Positions 30,770-44,407 are shown, counted from the stretch's first letter. The stretch is 64,000 nucleotides of DNA from an uncultured Clostridia bacterium (GCA_963558405.1 CAUWGC010000003.1:45801-109800), one strand, 5' to 3'. Program-made: numbers and translations. Notes: generated by a model not told the origin, from the sequence alone.

Positions 30770-32200
30770 GCATGAGATATAAAATATGTAGAAAATAGCA
30801 AAATATATATGGAATAAATAGGAAATAGAAGTTAAGTTATAGTTAAGAAAATAATGATAGAACAATAACATTATGTAAAGAAAGAAAAAATAATTAAGTT
30901 TAGTTATAAGATAAAAGATTAACAGATAAGCTTCATAAATAAACTTTAAGTAATGAGAAAAGTAGAATCAAGAATTATAAAAGAACAAATCTTAAAGTAT
31001 CAAAAAAAGATGATAAAAACATTGGGGATTTAGTAGTTAGAGGTGAATTTTATATGTATGTGAAAAAGGTTACATAAATAAAGAAAAACAATGTAGAGAA
31101 AAAATAAGATTTAATTTATGAAAGAGTAACAATTTTATAAAGTAAATACATTACTACATAAAAGTTGCAATATTGACAATAAAAAATTCGAGAGTAAAAT
31201 ATTTAATATGATGATAATAATTGAAGTATAAAGATACTAATTTAAGAAATATAATTTAAATTATATTTTTAAATAGAAAAATAAAAATATTCAAAAAAAA
31301 TAATAATTTTATAAAATACTACTAATATATATTAATAATAAAAATTCAAATATAAAATAAAGTTAATAAAAATAGTAAATATAAAAAATAAAAATAAATT
31401 TAAAAGTAATTAAAAATTATTTAAAAAATTTAAAATATAAAATTAAAAAATATAAAAATGAAATTAATAAAAAATTATGCAAAATTAAAATTAAAAATTT
31501 GCATAATTTTTTTAAATAAAAATAATTAATAAAATAATAGTAAATAAAATTTTTAATAAAATAAAAAATTAGAATAAAAAAACTATTTAATTAAAATAAT
31601 AGAATTAAATAATTTTTTTTAAATCTAAATATAAAAAAATATAATAAAATCTATAATATAAAAATTAAACAGTAAATAAAAAATATTTAAAAAAATAAAT
31701 AAGGCATAAAATATAATATTAAATAAAAAATTCAAAGTAATTAAGTATATAATATGTGAAAAACAGTAAAAAATATCTGGAATAAAAAGGAAATAAAATC
31801 TAAATTAGAGGTAGGATATCAATCATATTACTATCACTTTATGTAAAGAATATAAAAAACATTAAGTATAGTTATATAAAAAAATATTAATAGATAAGTT
31901 ATATAAATATGCTTTTTGTAATGAGAAAAAGTGAAGTAAGAATTATAAAAGAATAAATCTAAAAGTATCAAAAAAAGAAGATAAAAATATTGGGGATTTA
32001 GTAGTTAGAAGTAAATTTTATAGGTAAGTGAAAAAGGTTACATAAATAAAAAAACAATGTAGAGAAAAAATAAAATTTAATTTATGAAAGAACAACAATT
32101 TTATAAAGAAAATAGAATAAGGACTAAAAATTGTAATATTGACAATAAAAAATATGATGGCAAAATATTAGATGATAACAACAGATAAAAGAATAAAAAT
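30770..32200. repeat. Diverged direct repeat (two copies, offset about 968 bp) in an AT-rich non-coding spacer
   Basis: ATTGGGGATTTAGTAGTTAGA at 31021 and 31989. GTGAAAAAGGTTACATAAATAAA and CAATGTAGAGAAAAAATAA occur in both copies. Confidence 0.85.
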
Positions 32201-32605
32201 ACTCAACAAAGAAATATTAAAAATTTAATTAAATTTACTAAGATATGTTAATGATAAAATTTATATATAAAATAAAGTTAAAAAAATATTAACTAAAAAA
32301 ATAAAAATAGTTTTAATCAAAATTAAAATAAATTATAAAAATTAATTCATTTAAAATCATTTAATAAATTTAAAATAAAAAAATGAAATAAATAAAAAAT
32401 ATACAAAATTAAAAAATAAAAAATTGTGTAAAAAGTTATTAATAAAAATTAAATTAAAAATAAAAATTTTTTTTATAATAATTATCCAATAATTTAAAAT
32501 AAATAAAACAATATAAAATTAATAATAATATAAATATTTTTTATATATATTTCTAAAACTATTGCGTGCATATAAATTAACTTGATATAATGTTTTAGGA
32601 AAGGT

Positions 32606-33073
32606 GTGAAAAAATTGAAAATAATGTTTGTTTGTACAGGAAATACTTGTAGAAGTGCTATGGCAGAAGCAATTTTTAAAGATTTAGCTGTAAAAAATAA
32701 TATATCTGCAGATGTATTTTCATGTGGTATTTTTGCTGTAGATGGAGAAAAAGCTACAAATATGGCCATTAAGGCGATGGAAAATATAGGGATAGATTTA
32801 AATAATCATTTGGCTACTAATATAAATAATAGTGATATAAATAATATGGATGTTATTTTGTGTGCTACAAAAGAGCATAAAAGGTTAGTTAAAGAGATGT
32901 ATCCTAATTTAAAAGAAAAAATATTTACAATAAAGGAATATGCATATGGTTTAGATATAGAATATAAAGATATAAAAGATCCTTGGGGATATTCTTTGGA
33001 AACATATGTAAAAGTAGAAAAAGAACTTGAAGAATGTATAAAAAAGATAATATTAAAGTTAAAAAATAAATAA
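32606..33073 (+). CDS. Low-molecular-weight protein tyrosine/arginine phosphatase
   Basis: FVCTGNTCRSAMAE and DIKDPWG motifs. Confidence 0.92.
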   Translation: MKKLKIMFVCTGNTCRSAMAEAIFKDLAVKNNISADVFSCGIFAVDGEKATNMAIKAMENIGIDLNNHLATNINNSDINNMDVILCATKEHKRLVKEMYPNLKEKIFTIKEYAYGLDIEYKDIKDPWGYSLETYVKVEKELEECIKKIILKLKNK

Positions 33074-33140
33074 AAAAATATTGTAAAAAAATTAAAAATA
33101 GAATATAATACAAACATAAATTCGTATAAGGAGAAATAAA

Positions 33141-35439
33141 ATGATAGATTTAATAGAAGGATTAAATAATAAACAAAAAGAAGCAGTTTTACAAACAGAT
33201 GGACCTTGCCTTGTTATTGCAGGTGCTGGTAGTGGTAAAACTAAAGTATTAACACATAAAATAGCGTATTTAGTGGGTGAAAAAAATGTAGCACCATGGA
33301 ATATATTAGCAATTACATTTACAAATAAAGCTGCAAATGAAATGAAAGAAAGAATAGGAAAATTAGTTGGAGATATTGCAAATGATATGTGGCTTGGTAC
33401 ATTCCATTCAATATGTGTTAGAATTTTAAGAAAATATATAAATTGTATTGGGTATGATAATTCATTTGTTATATTTGATACCACAGATCAAAAGAGCATG
33501 GTAAAAGCATGTTTAAAAGAATTACAAATAGATGATAAGCTTTTTAATGAAAGAGCAGTTCTTTCTGAAATTAGTAATGCCAAAAATGAAATGTTAGAAC
33601 CAGATCAATATGTAGCAAGAAGTGTGGGAGATTATAGAAAAGAGACCATAGGAAAAATTTATACTTTATATCAAAAGCGTTTAAAAGAAAATAACGCAAT
33701 AGATTTTGATGATATAATTAATTTTACTATTAAAATATTATTAGAAAATCCAGAAGCACTAGATTATTATTCTAGTAAATTTCATTATGTGTTGGTAGAT
33801 GAATACCAAGATACTAATAAAGCACAATTTACTCTTATAACCATCTTAGCTTCAAGATATGGAAATATTACGGTAGTAGGAGATAATGATCAAGGAATTT
33901 ATAGTTTTAGACGGAGCAGATATTAGTAATATTTTAAATTTTGAAAAAGATTTTCCAGGAACTAAAATAATAAAATTGGAACAAAATTATAGATGTACTG
34001 GAAATATATTAAAGGCTGCAAATGCTGTAATTAAAAATAATGAAAATAAGTATGAAAAAAAGCTATGGACAGAGAATGAAGAAGGATGTAAACCAGAGAT
34101 ATATTCAGCAGATAACGAATATGATGAGGCAACATATATTGTAAATCAAATAAATCACTTAAAAAGAGAAGAATACTATAAAAATTCAGATTTTACTGTA
34201 TTATATCGTATGAATACTCAATCAAGAGCAATTGAAGATATTTTTAGAAGAGAAGATATACCATATAAAATTATTGGAGGATTAAAATTCTATGAAAGAA
34301 AAGAAATAAAAGATATTATTGCATATTTGCGTTTAATTCATAATTCTTCCGATAATTTAAGTCTAAGAAGAATTATAAATGAACCTAAAAGAGGCGTGGG
34401 AAATACTAGTTTAGATAAAATAGCATTAATTTCAGAACAAACTGGAAAGTCTATGTATGAAATAATAAAAAATGCAGAACAATATGATTTAAATAGAGTA
34501 TTCTTAAATACAAGAGAATTTGTTCAAACAATGGAAGAATTAATTGCAAAAAAAGATTCTATGAGTATTTCAGAATTAATAAAAGAGACTTTAAATAAAA
34601 CAGGATATACCAAAGCTCTAGAAAAAGAGGAAACTCAAGAAGCAGAAAATAGAATTGAGAACTTAGAAGAGTTTTTAACAGTAGCAATAGAATTTGAAGA
34701 AGAGTCAGCAGAAAATAATTTAGCAGAATTTTTAGAAGGTATTACTTTATCTAGTGATGTAGATTCATTAGAAGAAACAGAAGATAGTGTTACTATGATG
34801 ACACTTCATAGTGCAAAAGGATTAGAATTTCCAGTAGTATTCTTAGTAGGAATGGAGGAAGGAATTTTTCCAGGATATCGTTCTATAGGAGAACAAAAAG
34901 AATTAGAAGAAGAGAGAAGACTTTGTTATGTAGGAATAACAAGAGCAAAAGAGCATTTATTTTTAAGTTTTGCAAAACAAAGGACTATGTTTGGTTCTAC
35001 TTCTTGTAATAATCCTTCTAGATTTTTAAAAGAAATTCCACAAGATTTATTAGAAGGATACGAACAAGCATTAGGAAGCAATGATAGAAAAAATATTTTT
35101 GAAGATAAAAATATTTCTTGGAGCTATGGAAATACAAAACAAAATAATGTAATAACATATAAGGATGAAACAGTAAAAATAGGAAGTAAAATAGGAAATC
35201 AAGTATTTGCATTTAAATCAGCAGAAAGCTTTTTAAATGGTTTAAATAAAAAGCAAAAAGAAGAAGTAGATTTATCTCAATACAAAGCTGGAGAACGAGT
35301 TTATCATAAAAAGTTTGGAGAAGGAACTATTAATAAGGTAGAACAAGAAGGAGAAGATTTAAAAGTAGATATTATGTTTGATAAATCTGGACATAAAAGA
35401 TTAATGGCAAAATTTGCAGGGTTAGAAATAATAGGATAG
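33141..35439 (+). CDS. pcrA: ATP-dependent DNA helicase PcrA, 765 aa after a +1 shift at C33912
   Basis: AGAGSGKT, VDEYQDTN, motif III VGDNDQGIYSFR|c|GADI, LEQNYR, TLHSAKGLEF, EERRLCYVGITRA and a C-terminal HKKFGEG Tudor-like domain. Confidence 0.93.
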
Positions 35440-35449
35440 GAGTTTAATA

Positions 35450-36007
35450 ATGAAAAAATTATTAATAGATATGGATGATGTTATTTGTGAAGGAAACTTT
35501 TTGACTTTAGCAAATAAATTCTTAAATACAAATTACAAAAAAGAAGATTTAAAAGATTTTTACATTCAACATATTATTCCAGAAGAAAAAAGAGAGGAAT
35601 GGATTAAATTTTTTAGAAATCATAATAGTTATGATTATGTTGTATTTGTGCCAGATGCTTATGAAGTAATAGAAAAATTAAATAGTATTTATGACATATA
35701 TATTGTAACTGCTTATATTATAAAAGAAGACAAAGAGTTTGCAGGTACATATCTAAAATATAAATATGATTGGTTATATAAAAATATGCCATTTATACCA
35801 CCAGAAAAATATATTTTTTGTAGTAATAAACATATAGTAGATGGTGATATTAGAATAGATGATAGAATAGAAAATTTAACAGGAAAATCAGAAACAAAAT
35901 TATTGTTTACTGCATATCACAATAAAAAAATAGAAAAAAGTACTTTAACAGATAATAATATAATTCGTGTAAATAATTGGAAAGAAATAGAAAAATTATT
36001 AATATAA
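35450..36007 (+). CDS. 5'(3')-deoxyribonucleotidase (HAD, NT5C family)
   Basis: LIDMDDVI, IDD and RVNNWKEI motifs. Confidence 0.85.
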   Translation: MKKLLIDMDDVICEGNFLTLANKFLNTNYKKEDLKDFYIQHIIPEEKREEWIKFFRNHNSYDYVVFVPDAYEVIEKLNSIYDIYIVTAYIIKEDKEFAGTYLKYKYDWLYKNMPFIPPEKYIFCSNKHIVDGDIRIDDRIENLTGKSETKLLFTAYHNKKIEKSTLTDNNIIRVNNWKEIEKLLI

Positions 36008-36131
36008 AATTAAAAAACAGAAAAATAAAAAATATTTTTCTGTTTTTTTATAAAATTATTATTTTACTTGTATAAAAATATAAAAAAAGAAGATAATAAA
36101 AGTATGAAAATTAAGAAAGGAAGATGAAAAA

Positions 36132-36320
36132 ATGACAAATTTAAATCAAGTAGAACTTCAAAATTTACGACATTTAATAGGTGCACATGAAACTTCTTAT
36201 CAAAAATTAAATAATTATGCATCAACTTGTGTAGACCCACAAATTAAGCAGATGTTTAGTAAATCAGCACAAGATGCTTTAAATACAAAACAAAAATTAA
36301 TGTCATTTTTAAATAATTAA
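36132..36320 (+). CDS. Small spore-coat-associated protein
   Basis: LQNLRHLI...YASTCVDPQIKQMF pattern, paired with a Coat F-like gene. Confidence 0.7.
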   Translation: MTNLNQVELQNLRHLIGAHETSYQKLNNYASTCVDPQIKQMFSKSAQDALNTKQKLMSFLNN

Positions 36321-36333
36321 TAAGGAGGAAAAA

Positions 36334-36579
36334 ATGGACGAGAAAACTATGGTAAATGATATTTTATCAGGAGTAAAGAATGATTTAAATGCATATCAAA
36401 CTGCTATTTCAGAATGTGAAAATATGCAATTAAGACAGACACTTCAACAAATTAGAAATAATGACGAAAGTTTCCAATACGAATTATTTAAAGTAGCACA
36501 AGCAAAAGGATATTATAAACCAGCAGATAAGGTTAATAATATAGAAATTCAAAATGTAAAAAATGAATTGCAACAATAA
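36334..36579 (+). CDS. Spore coat protein (Coat F domain)
   Basis: DEKTMVNDIL...AISECENMQLRQTL...AKGYY. Confidence 0.8.
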   Translation: MDEKTMVNDILSGVKNDLNAYQTAISECENMQLRQTLQQIRNNDESFQYELFKVAQAKGYYKPADKVNNIEIQNVKNELQQ

Positions 36580-36838
36580 TTAAAAACAAATTAATAAAAG
36601 TAGAAAGAAAAATATCTTTCTACTTTTATTTTTATATAAAAAGAAGTTTTAATATTAAATAAAAGATATATAATAAATTTTAAAAACAAGAGAAATTGAA
36701 AAAAAATAAGATTAAAAACAAGAAAAAACTTACGGAAATAAGATTAATAAAAAAATTTAAGAGTATTTAGTAATTGTAATAATAAGTAATGTAATATACA
36801 ATATAAAAAAATTATGATGTAAAATAAATATAAAGGGG

Positions 36839-37861
36839 TTGTTTAAGATTAGTACAAATATAAAAAAAGTAGTAGTACATATTAGAACATCTGTAAAATT
36901 GATTCTATTAATATTACTATCTTTATTTATTATAGTTGGAATTGTCACATTATTTTATAAACCAATATATCGTGTAACATTAAAAGGAGAGCATATTGGA
37001 TATACTGAAAATAGAGAAATGTTACAAGAAAAATTTAGCAAGTATTTAAATCATGGGGACAGTAGCATACCAAATTCAGCTTTTGCCCAAATTGAAGAAT
37101 TACCTAGATATAGTATGTGTCTTCTAAAAAAAGGAATTGTAACAAATGATGAGGAAATATATCAAAAAGTATTAGATATTAGTACACTATATTATAGATA
37201 TTATGCAATCACAGATAATGGAGAAGAAAAATATTATACATCTACTTTTGAAGAAGCTGAATCAGCTATAAACGAATTAAAAGAAAAAAATAGCACAAAT
37301 AAAGATAAATTAGCAATTGCAGAAAAATATTCAAAAGATTTAAAAACTTTTGATACAAAAGATACAATCGTATCAAAGTTATATGTAGAACCAGTAAAAG
37401 AAATAAAAGTAGCAAGTACATATAAATCAACAGGTACAACAAGTAGTTTAAAAGGATCAAATACATCTAGTAAAAAAGTTGCTTTAGGAACTACATTAAT
37501 TAGACCAGTATCTGGGACAATATCTTCAAGATATGGTAGAAGAAGTAGTGGAATGCATACAGGAATTGATATTGCAGCACCAAATGGAACAACAATTAAA
37601 GCAGCAGCTTCGGGAACAGTTACATTTTCAGGAGGAAATCCTAATAGAAGTTATGGATATTATATAATAATTTCACATGGAAACGGAGTACAAACTTATT
37701 ATTGTCACTGTAGTAAACTTTTAGTATCAGCGGGAACAAAAGTATCTCAGGGGCAACCAATAGCAAAAGTGGGGAAAACTGGAAATGCAACGGGAAATCA
37801 TTTACACTTTGAAATAAGAGTAAATGGAGTTACACAAAATCCACAAAATTACGTATATTAA
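36839..37861 (+). CDS. M23 family metallopeptidase, membrane-anchored
   Basis: HTGIDIA, YYCHCS and TGNHLHFEIR motifs. Confidence 0.9.
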   Translation: MFKISTNIKKVVVHIRTSVKLILLILLSLFIIVGIVTLFYKPIYRVTLKGEHIGYTENREMLQEKFSKYLNHGDSSIPNSAFAQIEELPRYSMCLLKKGIVTNDEEIYQKVLDISTLYYRYYAITDNGEEKYYTSTFEEAESAINELKEKNSTNKDKLAIAEKYSKDLKTFDTKDTIVSKLYVEPVKEIKVASTYKSTGTTSSLKGSNTSSKKVALGTTLIRPVSGTISSRYGRRSSGMHTGIDIAAPNGTTIKAAASGTVTFSGGNPNRSYGYYIIISHGNGVQTYYCHCSKLLVSAGTKVSQGQPIAKVGKTGNATGNHLHFEIRVNGVTQNPQNYVY

Positions 37862-37885
37862 AAAACACTTCATATAAGAAGTGTT

Positions 37886-38522
37886 TTATTTTTTTGAAAA
37901 AAATTGTTTTCCGGTTTTTAATGCATTGTGTTTAATAATTAATTTACCATGTTCTTGGAGTTTACTTTTAAATAACTCACCATTATGTATATTAGTTGCA
38001 AATTCACTGATACAAGAATGAAACTGAATAATTTTTTCAGGAGGAACATGCAAATCAGAAAAAAGTAAATAATAATTATTATCATATTCATACAACAATA
38101 TTTTTTTAGCTATTTTAAACATAAAATTGAAAGAAGAAGATTCTAGAAAATTGCATAACTCGCAAAAATCATCAAAATCAGAAAAAAGATAAATAGCAGT
38201 TGTAGAATGTATATTATATGTTTTTCTTTTTATATGTAATGTTTTTCTTTTATAAATATTTTTTGGCTTATTTACAGGACTCATTCTGGTTACAGTAAAT
38301 ACAAAATTACCATCTAAAGTTGCCAATGCTTCAATTCTAATTTGATAGTTTTTAGTAACAAATCCAACTTCTTCTTCAGCTTTTTCTAATAAGTTTAAGA
38401 ACAAATCTTGTGTTTCTAAAGAATTTGCCATAAAAGAATGTATATCAATATTTTTTTCATCCAAGTCCTGTTTATTTAATGTTATTCTTATTTTATTATC
38501 ACCGAAGCTTCTCAAATCTCAC
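37886..38522 (-). CDS. mecA: Adaptor protein MecA, 211 aa after a +1 shift at position 38504
   Basis: GGGGG RBS, then GTG AGA TTT GAG AAG CTT|c|GGT GAT AAT AAA ATA AGA = MRFEKL-GDNKIRITL, a typical MecA N-terminus. FSDFDD and LQEHGKLII in the C-terminal part. Confidence 0.85.
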
Positions 38523-38849
38523 CTTAATAATACCCCCAAAAATGATTATATTATAATTATACTACGAAACACCATTTTTTAAAAGAACGAAAAAAATGGT
38601 AAATTTAAAATTTATATATTATATGCAATTATTGCTAAAATGTACTACATAGAATATATCATAAGAGTAAAAAAAAGAAAAGAATGTTATATGAAAATAT
38701 TTAAATATTTTTATAATAATTAGTAGAATCAACTAAAGGAATTTTTAAGGAAAAAATTGTATATATTACTTGAAAAAAAACTTGTTTCCCTATATAATAT
38801 CATAGAAAACAAAAGAAATAAATTCCGTAAGAAGAATGGAGGAACAAAA

Positions 38850-39107
38850 GTGGCAACAAGAGAAAAAAATATATGGATATTACTAGTATTTTTATTATCA
38901 GGATTAGTAATTGGAGGATTATTGGGAGAGCTAGCTTCAAAAGTGGACTTTTTATGGTGGCTTTCTTATGGAGAATCATTTGGTCTAACAAATCCAATTA
39001 CATTAAATTTAAATATTATGGAAGTTACATTTGGATTAATGTTTAAAATTAATGTAGCAAGTATTATTGGAATGGCAATTGCTATTTTTATATATCGAAA
39101 GGTATAA
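38850..39107 (+). CDS. DUF4321-like membrane protein
   Basis: GGAGG RBS and GTG start. GLVIGGLLGE...FGL...NVASIIG pattern, upstream of radC. Confidence 0.75.
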   Translation: MATREKNIWILLVFLLSGLVIGGLLGELASKVDFLWWLSYGESFGLTNPITLNLNIMEVTFGLMFKINVASIIGMAIAIFIYRKV

Positions 39108-39176
39108 CAAATAAAAAATGATACAATAATATAAATAAAAGGAATAGGGGTTTTAGAAAGGTTAGGTAAAATACCA

Positions 39177-40903
<1,727 letters not shown>

Positions 40904-40935
40904 ATTCCTAAAAGAAAGGATGAAAAGGAAGATAC

Positions 40936-41748
40936 ATGTATAAAAATAAAAAAAGTGGAATAATTGGAATTATTGTAACAATTTTGTTATTAGTTATTAT
41001 TGTATTTCTATCCAATGTAGAAATAGGAAAATTATCTTATGCACAAAATGTGTTTACATCTTTAATAATGCCAGTACAAAATGGACTAACATATTTAAAA
41101 AATAAATTAGCAGGTAATGAAAATTTTTTTACTGATGTAAATGCATTAAAACAAGAAAATGAACAGTTAAAACAAAAAAATAAAGAATTAGAAGAAAGTT
41201 TAAGAGAATTAGAAATTACTAAAAATGAAAATAGTAGATTAACAGAATTATTAGGATTAAAAGAAAAATATACAAGTTATTCTACAATTCCAGCTTATGT
41301 AATAAATAGAGATATGAACAATTATAGTAATATGATTGTTATTGATAGCGGAAAAAAAGATGGAATAGAAGAAAATATGGTAGTAATTGCAGATAAAGGA
41401 TTAGTAGGTCATGTGGTATCTGTTTCAGATACTACTGCTAAAGTGCAAACTATTGTTGATCCATCTAGTTCGGTTAGTAGTACTTTATCAACTACAAGAG
41501 ATAACCTTGTTATAAGGGGAAGTATTGAAGGAAATGGCAGATTAAAAGGAACATTTATACAGCCACATGTTACCATTGCACAGGGCGACAATATAGAAAC
41601 ATCTGGAATAGGAGGAATTTATCCTAAAGGAATTCATATAGGAACTGTAAATCAAGTTGTTTCTACTAAAAATATTACAGATAGATATATATGGATAGAA
41701 ACTGCAGTTGATTTTACAAAATTAGAAACTGTTTTAGTAATTAAGTAA
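40936..41748 (+). CDS. mreC: Rod shape-determining protein MreC
   Basis: TM, coiled coil, GLVGHV and TSGIGGIYPKGI motifs. Confidence 0.93.
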   Translation: MYKNKKSGIIGIIVTILLLVIIVFLSNVEIGKLSYAQNVFTSLIMPVQNGLTYLKNKLAGNENFFTDVNALKQENEQLKQKNKELEESLRELEITKNENSRLTELLGLKEKYTSYSTIPAYVINRDMNNYSNMIVIDSGKKDGIEENMVVIADKGLVGHVVSVSDTTAKVQTIVDPSSSVSSTLSTTRDNLVIRGSIEGNGRLKGTFIQPHVTIAQGDNIETSGIGGIYPKGIHIGTVNQVVSTKNITDRYIWIETAVDFTKLETVLVIK

Positions 41749-41761
41749 AAGAGGTGAAATT

Positions 41762-42295
41762 TTGAAAAAAGTAGGTATTATTGTTGCGTTTTTTGCTGTT
41801 TTCTTATGCCTTTATTTTTTACAAGCTAATTTTTTTACTTGGTTTACTATAAGTGATGTAATGCCAAATATTTTTGTTATTTTTATGCTATTTATAGGTT
41901 TATTTGCAGGAAAAAAAGTAGGAGCATTTTGTGGAATCTTATTTGGAATTATCCTTGATTTTTGTATTGGAAAGTCAATTTTTATGTATGCAATTATGCT
42001 AATGGTAGTTGGATTTTTAGGAGGAATTTTAGATAAAAATTTTTCTAAAGATAGTAGAATAACAATTATGTTAATGGTAGCAGGAATGACTTGTTTATTT
42101 GAAATAGGAATGTATGTTTTTTCTGTATTTTTGCTTTCTGCAAATTTAGAAATTATAGCATTTTTAAAAACGTTAGTGATTGAAATAGTTTATAATGTCA
42201 TATTAACAATAATTGTATATCCATTATTTCCTATATTTGGATATCCAATAGAAGAAAATTTTAAAGGAAAGACAATATTAACAAAATATTTTTAA
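41762..42295 (+). CDS. mreD: Rod shape-determining protein MreD
   Basis: Polytopic membrane protein after mreC. Confidence 0.88.
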   Translation: MKKVGIIVAFFAVFLCLYFLQANFFTWFTISDVMPNIFVIFMLFIGLFAGKKVGAFCGILFGIILDFCIGKSIFMYAIMLMVVGFLGGILDKNFSKDSRITIMLMVAGMTCLFEIGMYVFSVFLLSANLEIIAFLKTLVIEIVYNVILTIIVYPLFPIFGYPIEENFKGKTILTKYF

Positions 42296-42309
42296 AAGAA
42301 GGTGAAAAA

Positions 42310-44388
42310 TTGGAACAAAAAAATAATACAGCAAATACTAGACTTAGATATAATATATTGGGAGTTTTAATTTATCTTATTGGAATTGTTTTATTATTAC
42401 AATTATTTAACCTTCAAATTGTTCATGGTGAAGAATATAGAGCACAGTCTAATACAAGACTTACAAGGGAGACAGTATTAAAAGCAGCAAGAGGGAAAAT
42501 TATAGATAGAACAGGAATAGATCTTGTAAGTACAAAAATTGTAAATAGTCTAAAATTATATAAATCAAAAATGTCTTCAGAAGAATTAAATAATACTTTG
42601 CTAGAGATTATAAAAGTTTTAGAACAAAATGGAGATAAATATGCAGACAACTTGCCAATTGCTATAAATCCAATTCGCTTTACAATGGAAGATGAAGAAG
42701 AACAAAAAAAATGGAAAAAAGAAATGGAGATAGACGAAAATTTTACAGCAGAGCAAGTATTTGAAAAATTAAAAGACAAATATGACATAACAACTGAAAA
42801 TATAGATGATGCAAGAAAAATAATGACACTAAGATATGAAATTAATATACAAGGATATAGTAGTACAAGACCAGTAGAGATTTCAGATGATATCTCTGAG
42901 ACAAGCCTTGCAATATTTAATGAGCAAAATTTTAAATTTCCAAGCATTGCAATTATTCCAGAACCACAAAGAGTTTATTTAAAGGGAAATTTAGCATCAC
43001 ATATATTAGGATATTTGAGAACTATAGATTCTGAAACTTATAATGCAAATAAAGATATTTATAGTATGAATGATTTAGTAGGAAAAAGTGGAATAGAATA
43101 TACTTTTGAAACATTTTTAAAGGGGACAGATGGAATAAAACAAATAGATATGTCTGTAGATGGTACAGTAACAGATGAATACATTACAAAAGAAGCTGTA
43201 GCAGGAAATAATGTTGTACTTACTATTGATGCAAAATTACAACAAGTAGTAGAAAATGCACTAAAAACAAATATAGAAAAAATACGTAATGGAGGATTTT
43301 CACAAAGAGCAGATGCAGAAGGTGGTTCTTGTATAGTAATGAACGTAAAAACTGGTGAAGTACTTGCAATGGCAAGTTATCCAGATTTTGATCCACAATC
43401 TTTTGTAGGAATAATATCAGATGAAAAATGGAAAGAATATACAACAGATCTAAAGCCACTAAAGAATAGAGCAATTCAAGATGCAAATGCTCCAGGTTCT
43501 ATTTTTAAAATGATAACAGGAATAGCTGCATTAGAATCTGGTGTGACAAATGTATCAGAGAGAGTATATGACTCTGGAGTATATCGTTATTACAACCAAA
43601 AATTACCATGTTGGTACTATACAGATTATGGAAGAGGACATGGATGGCAAAATGTATCAGATGGAATAAAAAATTCTTGTAATTATTATTTTTGTGAAAT
43701 GGGACAAAGGTTAGGAATTGATAAATTAGTAGAATACTCTTCAGGTTTTGGATTAGGTAAAAAGACAGGTGTAGAATTATTAGGAGAAACAGCAGGAAAT
43801 TTAGCAACTAGTTTAAATAATGAACCAGGAAATATTTTAAATCTTTCTATAGGACAAGGAGCTAACAGCTTTAGTGTTATTCAAATGGCAAAATATATTA
43901 GTATGGTAGCAAATGGAGGAAGAGATTTAGATGTTACCATTTTTAAAAGTGTTATAGATGAAAATGGAAATACAATACCTAGAGAACAAGTAGAAGAAGT
44001 TGTAAATGAAAGATTAGGATTAGAAAAAACAGAGTTAAAAGATATGATAATAAAAGATGAAAACTTTAAAGCTATACTAGAAGGTATGAAATCAGTAACA
44101 ACAGAATCAGGAGGAACTGCAAATAGTTTCTTTAGAGGATTTGATATAGAAGTAGGTGGAAAAACAGGATCTGCAGAAGTTGGAAATGGTAAGGTAAATG
44201 CTTGGTTTGCAGGTTTTGCACCATATGATGACCCAGAAATTGCAGTAGTAGTAATGGTTGAAAATGGAAGACATGGAAGTTATACAGCAGAACCAGTAAG
44301 AGATATTATTGCAGAATATTTTGGAATGAACTTACAAGAAGCAAATGAAAGTATGGAAGCAATTCCTACTGTTCAAATACAAAGATAA
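42310..44388 (+). CDS. mrdA: Penicillin-binding protein 2 (class B)
   Basis: ARGKIIDR, PGSIFK (SxxK), SCN and KTGSAE motifs. Confidence 0.92.
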   Translation: MEQKNNTANTRLRYNILGVLIYLIGIVLLLQLFNLQIVHGEEYRAQSNTRLTRETVLKAARGKIIDRTGIDLVSTKIVNSLKLYKSKMSSEELNNTLLEIIKVLEQNGDKYADNLPIAINPIRFTMEDEEEQKKWKKEMEIDENFTAEQVFEKLKDKYDITTENIDDARKIMTLRYEINIQGYSSTRPVEISDDISETSLAIFNEQNFKFPSIAIIPEPQRVYLKGNLASHILGYLRTIDSETYNANKDIYSMNDLVGKSGIEYTFETFLKGTDGIKQIDMSVDGTVTDEYITKEAVAGNNVVLTIDAKLQQVVENALKTNIEKIRNGGFSQRADAEGGSCIVMNVKTGEVLAMASYPDFDPQSFVGIISDEKWKEYTTDLKPLKNRAIQDANAPGSIFKMITGIAALESGVTNVSERVYDSGVYRYYNQKLPCWYYTDYGRGHGWQNVSDGIKNSCNYYFCEMGQRLGIDKLVEYSSGFGLGKKTGVELLGETAGNLATSLNNEPGNILNLSIGQGANSFSVIQMAKYISMVANGGRDLDVTIFKSVIDENGNTIPREQVEEVVNERLGLEKTELKDMIIKDENFKAILEGMKSVTTESGGTANSFFRGFDIEVGGKTGSAEVGNGKVNAWFAGFAPYDDPEIAVVVMVENGRHGSYTAEPVRDIIAEYFGMNLQEANESMEAIPTVQIQR

Positions 44389-44407
44389 AATAAAAGAAGG
44401 TAAGGAT

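Noticed and set aside
30483-32600. CRISPR array or oriC in the AT-rich spacer
   Set aside because: There are no short regularly spaced repeats, no cas genes, no TTATCCACA box cluster that I could see, and no dnaA nearby.
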